Shown: positions 1-10,164, counted from the stretch's first letter. The stretch: DNA of 64,000 bases from an uncultured Verrucomicrobiae bacterium (GCA_963837955.1 CAWIPH010000002.1:2624001-2688000), one strand, 5' to 3'. A program made the numbers and translations. The notes: a model not told the origin generated them from the sequence alone.

Positions 1-723
1 AGTGAGCTGAGAGCACACGCTGTGGCCGCCGGGCTAAAGATCGATTGGGACGACCTCTCTTCCACCCTCTCAAGCAGAGCATTAATTAATCAACTTCCCA
101 AAGCATTCGACTTTGATAGTTCACATTGGCCATCGCATTGGCACCACACTGGACCATTCCATGACGACAAGGGACGCGAGCCGGTAAATTTCCCTTGGGA
201 AAGAATAACCGGGCAACCGCTCGTTTATGCCTCGATGGGGACGATACTCAATGGCCGGATAGACGTATTCCAGACCATCGTCGAGGCCGTGGCCAAAAAT
301 AAGGGGCTACAACTGGTGCTTTCCGTCGGGGATCAGATTGACCCGCTACAACTCGAACCGGCGCCGAAGAACGCCATTATCGTGAAGCAAGCGCCTCAAC
401 TAGAACTGCTGAAGCAGGCATCGCTCTGCATCACCCACGCAGGACTAAACACTGTCTTGGAGTCTTTAGCTCAGGGAGTTCCGCAGGTCGCCATTCCCGT
501 CACTTTTGACCAACCCGGTGTTGCCGCCAGGATTGCACACTATCAGACCGGCGTGGTCACTTCGTTTGACAAATTGACTCCGGACCGTCTCTCGAGGTGC
601 GTAAATGAGGCTCTACAAGACCCCACTTTCCGGAATAACTCGCGTAAACTGCAAGTGGAGATCGGTAAGGCTAATGGGCTGTCTGTCGCCGCTGACATAG
701 TTGAACGAGCCGCTGGAACGTAA
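1..723 (+). CDS. UDP-glycosyltransferase (GT1/MGT family), 5'-partial
   Basis: C-terminal PSPG-like box APQLELLKQASLCITHAGLNTVLESLAQGVPQVAIPVTFDQ; frame is open back to base 1. Confidence 0.9.
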   Translation, partial: SELRAHAVAAGLKIDWDDLSSTLSSRALINQLPKAFDFDSSHWPSHWHHTGPFHDDKGREPVNFPWERITGQPLVYASMGTILNGRIDVFQTIVEAVAKNKGLQLVLSVGDQIDPLQLEPAPKNAIIVKQAPQLELLKQASLCITHAGLNTVLESLAQGVPQVAIPVTFDQPGVAARIAHYQTGVVTSFDKLTPDRLSRCVNEALQDPTFRNNSRKLQVEIGKANGLSVAADIVERAAGT

Positions 724-799
724 TCCCAGGCCGTTTTCGGATCGTGCAACGAATCTCCGCGAGACAAAAAGACTCAGACAAGAAATCCAGTTTTACAAC

Positions 800-1503
800 A
801 TGATTGAGGAAGAAAAGACCAGGAGCCAGATCGCTATTCTAAATCAGGAGTTTCTTACGAGTTGGGAACTCTGCACCAGACCGTTCCAGGGGGCCGAGCT
901 ATCGGACAGACCCGGAATCGCTACGCGATGGGCCAACATCGCCTTCCGTTTTTATAATGCCATCTGCCTGATAGCAGAAATATACGACGAAGAGGCACTC
1001 GCGCACACAGTACGAGAGGGAATTGACTTCATGCGCGCTAGGACGTGTCCCGGCTGGATGGTGGTTCCGCTGGAGAGTTTAACTGACAAGGCCCAAAGTG
1101 CCTTACCCGGTCCAGTTGAAACATTGCAGCTCGCTTCAATGCCGGCAACGGGCATGGCAGGCGAGATTCTGCCTTTGGAGGAGAAAGTCAATCGCAACCT
1201 GAGCTTCGAGCGTATTCGTGATGACGACACCGTCGGTGCATTCGCCGAGCTGAACTGCCTGGCCTACGGGTTCCCAGCGGAATCGTGTGTGATAGCTCTA
1301 TTTTCCTCTTTCTGGTGGCAACCAGGCCGGACGCACAGCGCCAGGGTTATGCAGATGCCGTCATCCGGCGCGCTCTCAATTCGGCGCACGCGGCCACCGG
1401 CATCAGACGCACTTCGCTGCAGGCAGATGCCGGCCGTCCGGTTTATCGACGCTTGGGCTACCTCGATGTTTGCCGGTTTGCTTGCCTTTGGCCGGTATCC
1501 TGA
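800..1503 (+). pseudogene. GNAT acetyltransferase, frameshifted
   Basis: N-part from ATG 800 in one frame; GNAT motif A (VATRPDAQRQGYA) and C-terminal GRPVYRRLGY in another frame (ORF 1285-1503); switch near 1285. Confidence 0.7.
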
Positions 1504-1576
1504 AACTCGCGGCCGGCAACCTGCATAACGATCCACGAGGCGAGCTTTTGATACTTGAGATGCGTTTCTCTCCGGT

Positions 1577-2011
1577 ATGGCCAGGTTGAGACAAGTTCTG
1601 CTTCTGGGCTCGATCTCATCGAGGGTCGATCTCGCGTTGTTAATGCTGCGGGTTTGGGTAGGTATGAGCCTATTTCTCAGACATGGTCTGGGAAAACTCT
1701 TTGGATCGGCAGATGCGATCAGTCAGTTTCCTGATCCACTGCACCTTGGGAGTCATTTCAGCTTCATCGTGGCGACGAGTTCCGATAGCTTTTGTTCGAT
1801 CCTAGTTGTAGCAGGCTTGGTCGCACGTTGGGCAGCGTTGCTGATCTTCAGCAACATCTTTGTGGCCTGGGCGCTGGTGGTCCATTTTCAGTTCTTCGCT
1901 CACGGGGTCAGTCCGGGAGAGGCGATGTTTCTGTATCTGGGTGGGTTCATTACCATCGCTCTTGCTGGCCCTGGGCGATTTAGTGTGGATGCATGGTTGG
2001 CCAAGCGCTGA
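1577..2011 (+). CDS. DoxX family membrane protein
   Basis: LLMLRVWVGMSLFLRHGLGKL ... GPGRFSVD signature, about 4 TM segments. Confidence 0.9.
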   Translation: MARLRQVLLLGSISSRVDLALLMLRVWVGMSLFLRHGLGKLFGSADAISQFPDPLHLGSHFSFIVATSSDSFCSILVVAGLVARWAALLIFSNIFVAWALVVHFQFFAHGVSPGEAMFLYLGGFITIALAGPGRFSVDAWLAKR

Positions 2012-2158
2012 GATACCGGCCTTCTAACCAGAGTTTCCGGCAATCCGGACAAGAACCAACGGCATTGAAAAGATTGCGCTCTATTAGAGCGCCATGAACT
2101 ACTAGCAGCACGAACGATTCGCAAAAGCTGCTGACTCTAGCCAAAAAATTTAGGATCT

Positions 2159-2362
2159 GTGAAAATAGGATTTATATGCCCTAACACGCCCGGTCACATT
2201 AATCCGATGACGGCGTTGGCCCGGCATCTACAAATACGTAATCACGAGGTACTGTTCCTCTATTCATCGGCTACCGCCGGTTTACCATGTATAGCTGACG
2301 ATGCAAAGGACCAATTCAATGCTCCCGGGCGTCGGGCACGCCGCATCAAAGGAAATGACTAA
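2159..2362 (+). pseudogene. N-terminal fragment of an MGT-family glycosyltransferase
   Basis: MKIGFICPNTPGHINPMTALARHLQIRNHEV is the typical GT1 N-terminus; ends after 67 aa. Confidence 0.75.
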
Positions 2363-2564
2363 CCAGCAAGATCATATTGGCACTAGTTTTCGCGATGTCG
2401 ATCGGCTTGCTAACATCGGATGTCAATTCCCACGCTATTTAGCGTACATTATCGCGCGAATAGGCGAATGACCGAACGGAGCGACGAGGTGAACGACGTC
2501 TCCGAAGTCTTCGCTTTTTGCGATCTAACTATCTGCAATTGAAAAGTGTCTAAGCCCTATTCAC

Positions 2565-3437
2565 ATGAAGACGATACGAACCGCTGTTGCGGCAATTGGG
2601 TATTTGGAGAGCGGGTCGGCGGATGGGTTCCCGGTGTTGCTCTTGCATGGGTTTCCGGATGATGCGCATACGTGGGACGGCGTCGTAGCAAAGCTCGATG
2701 GGGCACCGCTCCGTCTGTTGCGCCCGTTTCAGCGCGGGTTCGGGCCGAGCCGAGTGACGGTCCCTGACGCGCACACTGGTCAAGTGGGGGCGTTGGCACA
2801 AGACGTTCTTGATTTCGCCGATGCGCTGGGGATCGACCGGTTCGGGTTGATCGGCCAGGATTGGGGTAGCCGGGCTGCGCACGCGGCGGCCGTTCTTGCG
2901 CCGCAGCGGATAACCCGTTTGATCGCATTGGCGACGGGTTATGGGCCAGGTCCGGACGATCCGGAGCTGCGGTTGCGTCAGGCGCAAGCCTTTTGGTATC
3001 AATGGTGGTTTCATACCGAAATTGGCCGGCTGGCGCTGGAACAGGATCGCGCGACCCTGTGTGCTTATCTTTGGCGTGTGTGGTCACCGGAGTGGCGATT
3101 TAGTCCGGACGAGTTTGCGGCGATTGTGCCCAGCCTTGAGAACGAGCAATTCGTTGAGACCGTCATTCACTATTACCGGCATCGCCGGAATGCGGCGCCG
3201 GGGAATCAACGTTACGAGCAGCAGGAAAATAAGCTGCGTGGTACACCGCCGATTCCGGTTCCGACCGTGTTCGTCTGCGGAACAGCGGATGCGTGTAATT
3301 TGCCGGAAAGCTATCGCGGAAATGAGAAGCTTTTTCCAGCCGAGCTTGAACGGATCGACCTACCTGGGGTTGGACATTTTGTGCAAAGGGAACGTCCGGA
3401 TGTGGTTGCGGGCTACGTGCGCTTGTTCTGTGAATAA
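2565..3437 (+). CDS. alpha/beta hydrolase (epoxide hydrolase-like)
   Basis: LLHGFPD, GQDWG nucleophile elbow, GHFVQRE. Confidence 0.9.
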   Translation: MKTIRTAVAAIGYLESGSADGFPVLLLHGFPDDAHTWDGVVAKLDGAPLRLLRPFQRGFGPSRVTVPDAHTGQVGALAQDVLDFADALGIDRFGLIGQDWGSRAAHAAAVLAPQRITRLIALATGYGPGPDDPELRLRQAQAFWYQWWFHTEIGRLALEQDRATLCAYLWRVWSPEWRFSPDEFAAIVPSLENEQFVETVIHYYRHRRNAAPGNQRYEQQENKLRGTPPIPVPTVFVCGTADACNLPESYRGNEKLFPAELERIDLPGVGHFVQRERPDVVAGYVRLFCE

Positions 3438-3459
3438 CAAATGGCCCGCTGGCGTTGTC

Positions 3460-3790
3460 ATGTCGATAGAAAATCCGACCTGCGATATTAAAACGGTTCG
3501 CGCAGGGGTGTTGGAAGTGGCTTACCTCGAGTTCGGCGAAGCCAACGGCTGGGCCGTAATCCACTCGCACCGGTTTCCATTCGACGTACACGCGTACGAG
3601 CAAGTGGCGGCGCAACTCGCCGGCCATGGTGCAAGAGTCATTGTTCCCTTTCTGCGGGGGTTTGGGCCAACTCGCTTTTTTGTCCGAGGCGACGATGCGC
3701 AGCGGGCAACAGGCGGCATTGGGGTCCGATCTCCTCGCATTGCTGGATGCGCTCAAGATCGAAACAGCGATTCTGGGCGGCTACGACGAG
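3460..3790 (+). pseudogene. alpha/beta hydrolase, frameshifted and truncated
   Basis: LEVAYLEFG...PFLRGFGPTRF, then shift at T-run ~3676-3681 to LSEATMRSGQQAALGSDLLALLDAL...GGYD; ends just before the Tn3 IR. Confidence 0.8.
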
Positions 3791-3830
3791 TGGGCTCCCG
3801 CCACCCTCGCCAACAACGCTTCGCCCTTAG

Positions 3831-4263
3831 GGGGTCACTCCTCCGTTTGTAAAAAATTGTACGCTAAGGGGCAAAGTCGGGAAGCGGTTGGCTCCGAAGT
3901 GGACGCAGCTTTCGATATCGCCGGGGTCTGCGCTCACCTGCGCAGCGATCCAACGCAGCATCGTCGCCGGAATTCGTTCCTCCGGCGTCCACGCCCATCC
4001 CGGATGGCGTAAAAAGCACAGTTGTACCGCTATTCCAAGCCGGTTGCTATTGGTCCTGTGAGCGCCGATGAATTCCAAATCGCTCGGCCTGAAGCGGTAG
4101 CGCTCTTCGAGCTCACGAAGGCCGGTCGGTAACGCTAGCAACTGCACTCTCTGAGCCCTGGAGAGAAGCTCGCGCCGCTTACTCGTGTTTGCCTCCAAGA
4201 GGCCATCTTATTCTAGTAACAGACCCTTAGCGTACAATTTTTTACAAACGGAGGAGTGACCCC
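3831..4263. mobile_element. Non-autonomous Tn3-family deletion derivative (433 bp)
   Basis: Perfect 38-bp terminal IRs GGGGTCACTCCTCCGTTTGTAAAAAATTGTACGCTAAG at 3831-3868 and 4226-4263. Confidence 0.93.
3900..4198 (-). pseudogene. tnpA: Tn3 transposase N-terminal (DUF4158-like) fragment
   Basis: RRELLSRAQRVQLLALP...NRLGIAVQLCFLRHPG matches the Tn3 TnpA N-terminus. Confidence 0.85.
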
Positions 4264-4397
4264 GATCATGCAATCATGACAAAACCTGGCGGCCCAGCTG
4301 GCAACGCACTTGAACAGCGAATTTTTTTAGTTCGTGTTCAGGTTTCAAATTGTGCGCTGACTGACCACATGCCGATGCGTCGCCACATGGAGTTGGT

Positions 4398-4802
4398 CTA
4401 GCGCATCCGTTTATCGGTCATTTTTGCGCGTGCGATCTGGAGCTCAACGGGTTCCGAGACCATAGCTCTCACTTCGACAGTTTGACCGAACTCGAGACCC
4501 GGGCAGCCTTTGGCTATCTCCGTGGCTTGTTCAGGACTGTCCGCTTGAATGATAAAGAAGCCTGCAATTGCTTCCTTGGATTCTGCAAACGGGCCGTCCG
4601 TCATCACATTCCCGCCTGAGAGAATTTTACCGTCGTGCGCTAAGGGCCCCCCGTGTTTGAACCGCCCCTCATTGCTTAGTCGCTCGAACCACGCAGTGAA
4701 TCGAGCCATGTTTTGCTGAATCTCTTCTGGAGAGAGATCTTTGTGCCAACCGGTATTTCGGAAAAGCAGCAGATATTCTGATGTCGTCCTTTTTTCGATC
4801 AT
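4398..4802 (-). CDS. YciI/DGPF family protein
   Basis: TDGPFAESKEAIAGFFII motif. Confidence 0.9.
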   Translation of the reverse strand: MIEKRTTSEYLLLFRNTGWHKDLSPEEIQQNMARFTAWFERLSNEGRFKHGGPLAHDGKILSGGNVMTDGPFAESKEAIAGFFIIQADSPEQATEIAKGCPGLEFGQTVEVRAMVSEPVELQIARAKMTDKRMR

Positions 4803-4962
4803 AGTCGTGTCACCTGCTTGACGTCTTCGTTTGTTTAAACATGCGACGAACGAGATAACAATGATCAGGACACTTCACGTCGTTTTTGGTGTAAAAATCG
4901 ACGGTTCACCTAAATCGCGCAAGAGACTGATTCTTGATGGGACTAGACCGAATGTTTTGCCT

Positions 4963-5979
4963 TCATTCCGCCTTCAGACTGGTCTGGTACGCTTCGATCC
5001 CCTTAATAATCTGTGGGTTCAATTCATACTTGATTGCGTCTGCTGCCGCACGGATGGCGTTTTTAATGGCTACGGGAGAGCTTGCTCCGTGCGCTATGAT
5101 GCAGGTCCCGTTGACTCCCAGCAGCTGGCTACCACCGTATTCGTCCGGGTTTAGCTTGCCGCGGATCGTCTTAAACGCACCCTTGGCAAAAAACGCGCCC
5201 AACTTACGAATGGGGGTTTTGAAGAGCTGATGTTTCAACGAAGCGAAAATCGCCTGCGCGGCCGCTTCCGAAGTCTTAAGCACCACATTGCCAGTGAATC
5301 CATCGCAGACGACAACGTCGACCGGATTCTCGAACAGATCGAAGCCTTCGATGTTTCCATGGAAATTCAACGTTGTTCGTTTCAATAACTTGAACGCCTC
5401 TTTCGTGGTTTCATTACCCGTCGTATCCTCCTCGCCGATCGACATCAAGGCGACCCTCGGGTTGAGCCGGCCGAGGACATAGCGCGCGCAAACGCTCCCC
5501 ATGATCGCGAATTGTACCAGGTTCTCCGGATCGGAATCGGGATTCGCACCGGCATCGATCAGCACAAACACTTTCGTTTCGGTCGGCATGAGACAAGCTA
5601 CGCCGGGCCTGGTGACTCCGGGGAGCGTTCGAAGCTTCAATACCGATGCTGCAACGACGGCTCCGGTATGGCCAGCCGAAACCATCGCTTGGACCGTGTC
5701 GTTCTTTACCAGGTCGATTGCTCGAGAAATTGATGCGTCCTTCTTTTGCCGGATGGCTCTGGCCGCTGATTCATGCATGTCGATAACCTCGTTCGCATGA
5801 AAAATTTCAATACGGGGATCCTGACAACCAGTGCGCCGCAATTCGGTTTCGATAGCTTGAGTCCTACCGACCAGCACCAGTTTTTCGATCTGAGGGAGCT
5901 CTTTAAGCGCTAAGACAGTTCCCTCAATGGTGTTTTTGGGGGCGTAGTCGCCGCCCATCGCATCTAAAGCAATTCTCAT
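4963..5979 (-). CDS. plsX: Phosphate acyltransferase PlsX
   Basis: IALDAMGGDYAP, SAGHTGA, DAGAN, VCDGFTGNVVLK, IAHG. Confidence 0.96.
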   Translation of the reverse strand: MRIALDAMGGDYAPKNTIEGTVLALKELPQIEKLVLVGRTQAIETELRRTGCQDPRIEIFHANEVIDMHESAARAIRQKKDASISRAIDLVKNDTVQAMVSAGHTGAVVAASVLKLRTLPGVTRPGVACLMPTETKVFVLIDAGANPDSDPENLVQFAIMGSVCARYVLGRLNPRVALMSIGEEDTTGNETTKEAFKLLKRTTLNFHGNIEGFDLFENPVDVVVCDGFTGNVVLKTSEAAAQAIFASLKHQLFKTPIRKLGAFFAKGAFKTIRGKLNPDEYGGSQLLGVNGTCIIAHGASSPVAIKNAIRAAADAIKYELNPQIIKGIEAYQTSLKAE

Positions 5980-6110
5980 AAACGGCGGTGTGGGGAGAAG
6001 CCAGCCAACACGCAGCAGGATGCTACCGACGATGCGAGTCCTAGCAACGGAAAAAGTCTAGAGCTTAGAGCTCGGAGTCAAGAGCAGCGACCATCGTCTT
6101 TACCCAGGGC

Positions 6111-6200
6111 GGGGAGGGATCGCGTCCAGGCCGGGTATCGTGTGCAGACATCCGAAAGGCTATGTCGGACAGGCTGTGCGCCCTCCCCCTTCGGGGTAGA
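6111..6200. repeat. REP/REPIN-like palindrome, family A (partial)
   Basis: CATCCGAAAGGCTATGTCGGACAGGCTGTGCGCCCTCCCC, shared with 20121-20320. Confidence 0.7.
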
Positions 6201-6375
6201 AGAAAATTTAGTCTCATAAGCACGTGAAATGTGGAATTGATCAGGCGGGCAGTAATCAACCACGATGATGTGATCGAGGTTTTACGAGTCGATTCGCAGC
6301 CGTCTTCATTGTCCTCGCCCAAGAAGCAGCCCTACTCCGCGCGCTTCTGACCACCGGTTCTTCGGAGGCGGCGGG

Positions 6376-6404
6376 TTGACGCCCTTGCAAACAATAGTTA
6401 TACG
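6376..6404 (+). promoter_or_regulatory. sigma70-like promoter of the FAD monooxygenase gene
   Basis: TTGACG-N17-TATACG. Confidence 0.5.
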
Positions 6405-6529
6405 GGGATTAGAGATTCGGCATTCGCCCTGAGGGCCACTTTGCTAAACAAGCCCACGCCGAGCCTCTTGAGCTTCGGTGGCTTTGCTGACGGCGAAGTA
6501 TTTGCTCATGCGCACGATAGGAGGACGAC

Positions 6530-7657
6530 ATGGCCGACGTTGATCGGATCCTGATCGTTGGGGGTGGCATCGCTGGCCTCTCCCTGGCGACCGCCCTGCA
6601 CCGTCAGGGCTACACTCCAGAGCTCGTTGAACGCAGCACAGCGTGGCCGGCGGTCGGGGCAGGGATCAATCTGCCTGCGAATGGGGTGCGGGTCCTGCGG
6701 GCGCTCGGCGTCGGGGAGGCTGTCGATCGGACCGCCGCTGTGCTCCGCCGCTGGGGATTCTTTGACCAGCAAGGGGACCTGCTCTGCGAGACCGATCTGG
6801 GAGAGCTCTGGCGCGATGTAGGCCCTTGTCTGGGCATTGCGCGTGTCAGACTGCAGGAGGCGCTGCTAACCGGTGCTGCTGCTGTACCGCATCGATTGGG
6901 TGTCTCGCTTACGGCCATGACCCAGGATGATAACGGGGTCTGGGTCAGCCTAAGTGACGGCGGGTCCGGCAATTACGATCTGGTGGTTGGAGCGGACGGC
7001 ATCTATTCGACCGTGCGCGAGCTCGCGGTGAGCTCTTCCTCACCCGGCTATGCTGGGCAGATGGTCTGGCGGAGCATCATACCGACACGCCCTCGAGGGA
7101 TAGTCGACATGATGGTTCTCGTGGGCGAGGGATGCTTTTTCGGGCTGGTCCCGATGGGCGAGGGCTATACTTATGGTTTTGGAGCCGTCGACGGGAAGCG
7201 CTTCGAGGAACCCCTCGCGGGACGTCTGGAACACTTCCGACGCCGCTTTGTTGGATTCGGCGGGCCGGTTCCGGCGTATCTCGCTGCCCTGCAATGTGAT
7301 GAGCAGCTGCACGTTGGGCCGATTGAATGGGTCGAGCTCGACGAGTGGTATCGCGGCCGGGTGGTCCTGATTGGGGATGCTGCGCATGCCGGCCCCCCGC
7401 ACATGGGCGAGGGAGGTTGTATGGCCATGGAGGACGCCCTGGTGTTGGCAGATTGCCTCCGCAGGGCGGACAGCGTCGAGTCCGCACTCGAGGCGTACGT
7501 CCGAAGGCGCAGGCCTCGAGCCGACTGGATCCAGGAGCAGAGTCGCGCCGCGGCACAGGCCTGGGTCCTGCCGCCCGCCGTCCGTAACGCCGCTTTGCGC
7601 GAGCGAGGAGACCAGATGTTTCGCGACCGCTATCGACCGCTTATTCCGCTGCCGTAG
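6530..7657 (+). CDS. FAD-dependent monooxygenase (group A)
   Basis: GGGIAG, DLVVGADG, LIGDAAH..P..GEG; RBS AGGAGG. Confidence 0.93.
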   Translation: MADVDRILIVGGGIAGLSLATALHRQGYTPELVERSTAWPAVGAGINLPANGVRVLRALGVGEAVDRTAAVLRRWGFFDQQGDLLCETDLGELWRDVGPCLGIARVRLQEALLTGAAAVPHRLGVSLTAMTQDDNGVWVSLSDGGSGNYDLVVGADGIYSTVRELAVSSSSPGYAGQMVWRSIIPTRPRGIVDMMVLVGEGCFFGLVPMGEGYTYGFGAVDGKRFEEPLAGRLEHFRRRFVGFGGPVPAYLAALQCDEQLHVGPIEWVELDEWYRGRVVLIGDAAHAGPPHMGEGGCMAMEDALVLADCLRRADSVESALEAYVRRRRPRADWIQEQSRAAAQAWVLPPAVRNAALRERGDQMFRDRYRPLIPLP

Positions 7658-7690
7658 CCGGTTGATAGCCAATTGCATGGAAACATTTGC

Positions 7691-8746
7691 TTACTTCTTG
7701 GTTGTCTCGGTTAAGACCAGGATATGAAACGTGCCGGGGATCGGGTGCGGATGCGGATGTGGGTCTTCCGGCGAAATCGGGCTCAGTTTAGCGCTGGGCG
7801 CATAGATGGTGTTCGTTGCGGGATCGAAGGCCATCGTGCGAACTCCCAACTCGGTTTGCACTACTTCCTCTATCGTATAGGAGTCGGCCGAATCCTGGCG
7901 GACGACCGTCAGTGTGCCGTCCGCGCAACAGGCGAAGACGCGGCGCCGCACCGGATCGTAGACCGTGGCATCGACCCATTTTCCGATCGGAAGGGTTGCC
8001 ACGTTTTTCCCTGAGAGGCTGTCGACGACCAAGAGAGTCTGATTCCTGCAGCCGATAAAGAGCCGATCATGCTGCAGGTCAATCCCCATGCTGCAGGGGC
8101 TGCTCCGCGCGGGCAATGGCCAGCGCTCGATAACTTTGGCTCCGGCGGCATCGATTTTTAGCACCTGATCCTTGTCTTCAATATTTACGAAGATTGCCCC
8201 TCGACCATCGGTCTGGGCGAATTCAGGCTGGCCATCGAGAGACAGCGTACCGACAACCTGAGCGCGCACCGCGTCGATTATAGTGGTGTTACCGCTATCC
8301 CCATTGAAGCTGAAAATGCGACGGGTTACCGGTTCATAACATATCGCATCTGCGTCGGGCTGGGCTTGGATAGTTCTATTTACTTCCAAGGTTTTCAGAT
8401 CGAAAAGGATGACGTTTCCCGCGTCACCATCGCTGAGAAACCCGCGATTCAACTCGGGCACGAGGGCAACCCCATGTACCTCCCGGCCAGGGATCGAGCG
8501 AATCTCAGTGCGATTCGATAGGTCGATAACGGCCATCCGATCTTGATGAGCCACATAGAGCCGATGCGGCTCTGCTTGCAAAGTGGCGTAATCCCAGTTG
8601 CCATCTCCGCTCACCGGTATCCGATCGCTAACCGTCCAGCCGGAAGAGGCAGCCGCCCGCAGACAGGCAGTTGTCGAGAGCATGACGATCGCGCTAACTT
8701 CACGAAAAATCCTCATCCAAATGCCCGTGAACTGAAAGATTCCCAT
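7691..8746 (-). CDS. YncE/YVTN-type exported beta-propeller protein
   Basis: Signal-like N-terminus, GNWDY, HGVALVPELNRGF, RTMAFDP repeats; PHPHPHP near the C-terminus. Confidence 0.85.
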   Translation of the reverse strand: MGIFQFTGIWMRIFREVSAIVMLSTTACLRAAASSGWTVSDRIPVSGDGNWDYATLQAEPHRLYVAHQDRMAVIDLSNRTEIRSIPGREVHGVALVPELNRGFLSDGDAGNVILFDLKTLEVNRTIQAQPDADAICYEPVTRRIFSFNGDSGNTTIIDAVRAQVVGTLSLDGQPEFAQTDGRGAIFVNIEDKDQVLKIDAAGAKVIERWPLPARSSPCSMGIDLQHDRLFIGCRNQTLLVVDSLSGKNVATLPIGKWVDATVYDPVRRRVFACCADGTLTVVRQDSADSYTIEEVVQTELGVRTMAFDPATNTIYAPSAKLSPISPEDPHPHPHPIPGTFHILVLTETTKK

Positions 8747-8758
8747 AAGCGAAATTCC

Positions 8759-9772
8759 TCAGAACACGATTCTTACCGAGGTCTCTACGAACGGAGCATT
8801 GTTCGGTGAGGTCTGTTGCCCGAAACGAATATATTCGAATTTTCGGTAAACTGTGCTACCTGCCTCGGTTTCCAGCCTGACATTCTTGAATAGCTGTAGC
8901 CGGACACCGCCGCCCACGCGCACCTCCGAATAATCAAGCAACGCATTGTTATATTTCGTGCTACCGACGTTGGGTCCGAGGGTATTTGTACCGACATTCT
9001 TTCCGACTCGGAAGGTTCCGCCAAGACCCTCGGCATTGGCGAAGAGTGTGATTCGAGGGTTCAGGTGATAATCTATTTCCGGTTTAGGGAAAATCAGATT
9101 GCAGGTCCAACGGTCGTTGGGTTCCCAGTGCACTCCGGCCGCCGGTGTAACTATCCGGCTGGAGTTGCTCTCTATGGCGGCACCAAGGATGAAATAGAGA
9201 CTATCGTCGCCATGTGGAGCGTAGCGTAGACCGAGCTTTCCACCTATCCCCAGATCATCGCTGCTGAGACTGACGAAATCCGACGCGACACGACCTGTGA
9301 CCTCACCGAATAGGGTGAGCTTATCAGAATATCGATAGCGAAGACCAAGGCCGAGCTCGATCTCTTCGAGCTGAGACCGCAATGGAATCATCGGTTTCGT
9401 TCCTGGCCTCAGTTGGGGAAGATTAAAGAAGAACCCTTTGTAGGATCCTCCAATTTCGAGTGCTAGCGAATCGTTAATCGGAACCCGAAGGTCCAATTTA
9501 CCCATGATGTCTTGTTCACCGATATTCCCGAGTGGAAATCTTTGGCCTCTGCTATTTCTAGAGTCGGCGTTATTATCATTGAAGTTCGTACTACCAACCC
9601 ATGAATAGTCGACTTCCGCCGAAAGTACGTAAGGGGGGCGGGGTTGCGGGGTTGGCAGAGGCACCGGGTTCTTTTCGAGGTTCTGGATATCTTTTCCGGA
9701 GGATTCCTGGCCATGGGCACCGGGAACACCACTGAATAGAACAATGATCGTGAAAACAATTGGGATTCGCAT
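8759..9772 (-). CDS. Outer-membrane beta-barrel protein (DUF6268-like)
   Basis: Signal peptide, alternating amphipathic strands, C-terminal F; ATG overlaps the upstream stop (TAATG). Confidence 0.75.
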   Translation of the reverse strand: MRIPIVFTIIVLFSGVPGAHGQESSGKDIQNLEKNPVPLPTPQPRPPYVLSAEVDYSWVGSTNFNDNNADSRNSRGQRFPLGNIGEQDIMGKLDLRVPINDSLALEIGGSYKGFFFNLPQLRPGTKPMIPLRSQLEEIELGLGLRYRYSDKLTLFGEVTGRVASDFVSLSSDDLGIGGKLGLRYAPHGDDSLYFILGAAIESNSSRIVTPAAGVHWEPNDRWTCNLIFPKPEIDYHLNPRITLFANAEGLGGTFRVGKNVGTNTLGPNVGSTKYNNALLDYSEVRVGGGVRLQLFKNVRLETEAGSTVYRKFEYIRFGQQTSPNNAPFVETSVRIVF

Positions 9773-10164
9773 TAGTTGGTCTTCGGGTTAGCTGCCGAAC
9801 GTATTATGGAGACAAGTAGCGATTTGATACTGGCTCGATCGCGGCGTTCCTCGGGTGGGACTGGAAAATCTCCGCGCGAATCATGCTCGCCGGCGAAACG
9901 GGTCGATGGCCTGGCTTGAGCATTATCGTCACTTTGGTGGAGTGCTCGGGCGATCGGCCGCAGCGCGTTTGTCAGCCGGTCGACAACAGAAAAGAAATAC
10001 CAATCGAAGATTAGTACCGCCACCGGTGAGCTGACTGTCGGGATCCCTGCACCAGCCACAATCGAGTGGAGCCAATTAGACCGCTTTCTATCGCCGTTTG
10101 CTCGGCGTTTCTCGGTAGGTGACTGCCTCTCGGACATCATCCCCCAAACGTTTCGGTTTGCCAT
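9772..10164 (-). CDS. Orphan single-TM protein (ORF X, copy 1)
   Basis: 130 aa; frame-preserving homolog at 60080-60469; stop overlaps the start of the barrel gene. Confidence 0.55.
   Translation of the reverse strand: MANRNVWGMMSERQSPTEKRRANGDRKRSNWLHSIVAGAGIPTVSSPVAVLIFDWYFFSVVDRLTNALRPIARALHQSDDNAQARPSTRFAGEHDSRGDFPVPPEERRDRASIKSLLVSIIRSAANPKTN

Noticed and set aside
2365..2430. Minus-strand DIAKTSANMILL resembling a P-type ATPase hinge
   Set aside because: Too short and flanked by stops; cannot be distinguished from chance
2941..3852. 303-aa ORF from the track
   Set aside because: Chimeric frame: overlaps the real hydrolase; only 3460-3680 is coding (pseudogene)
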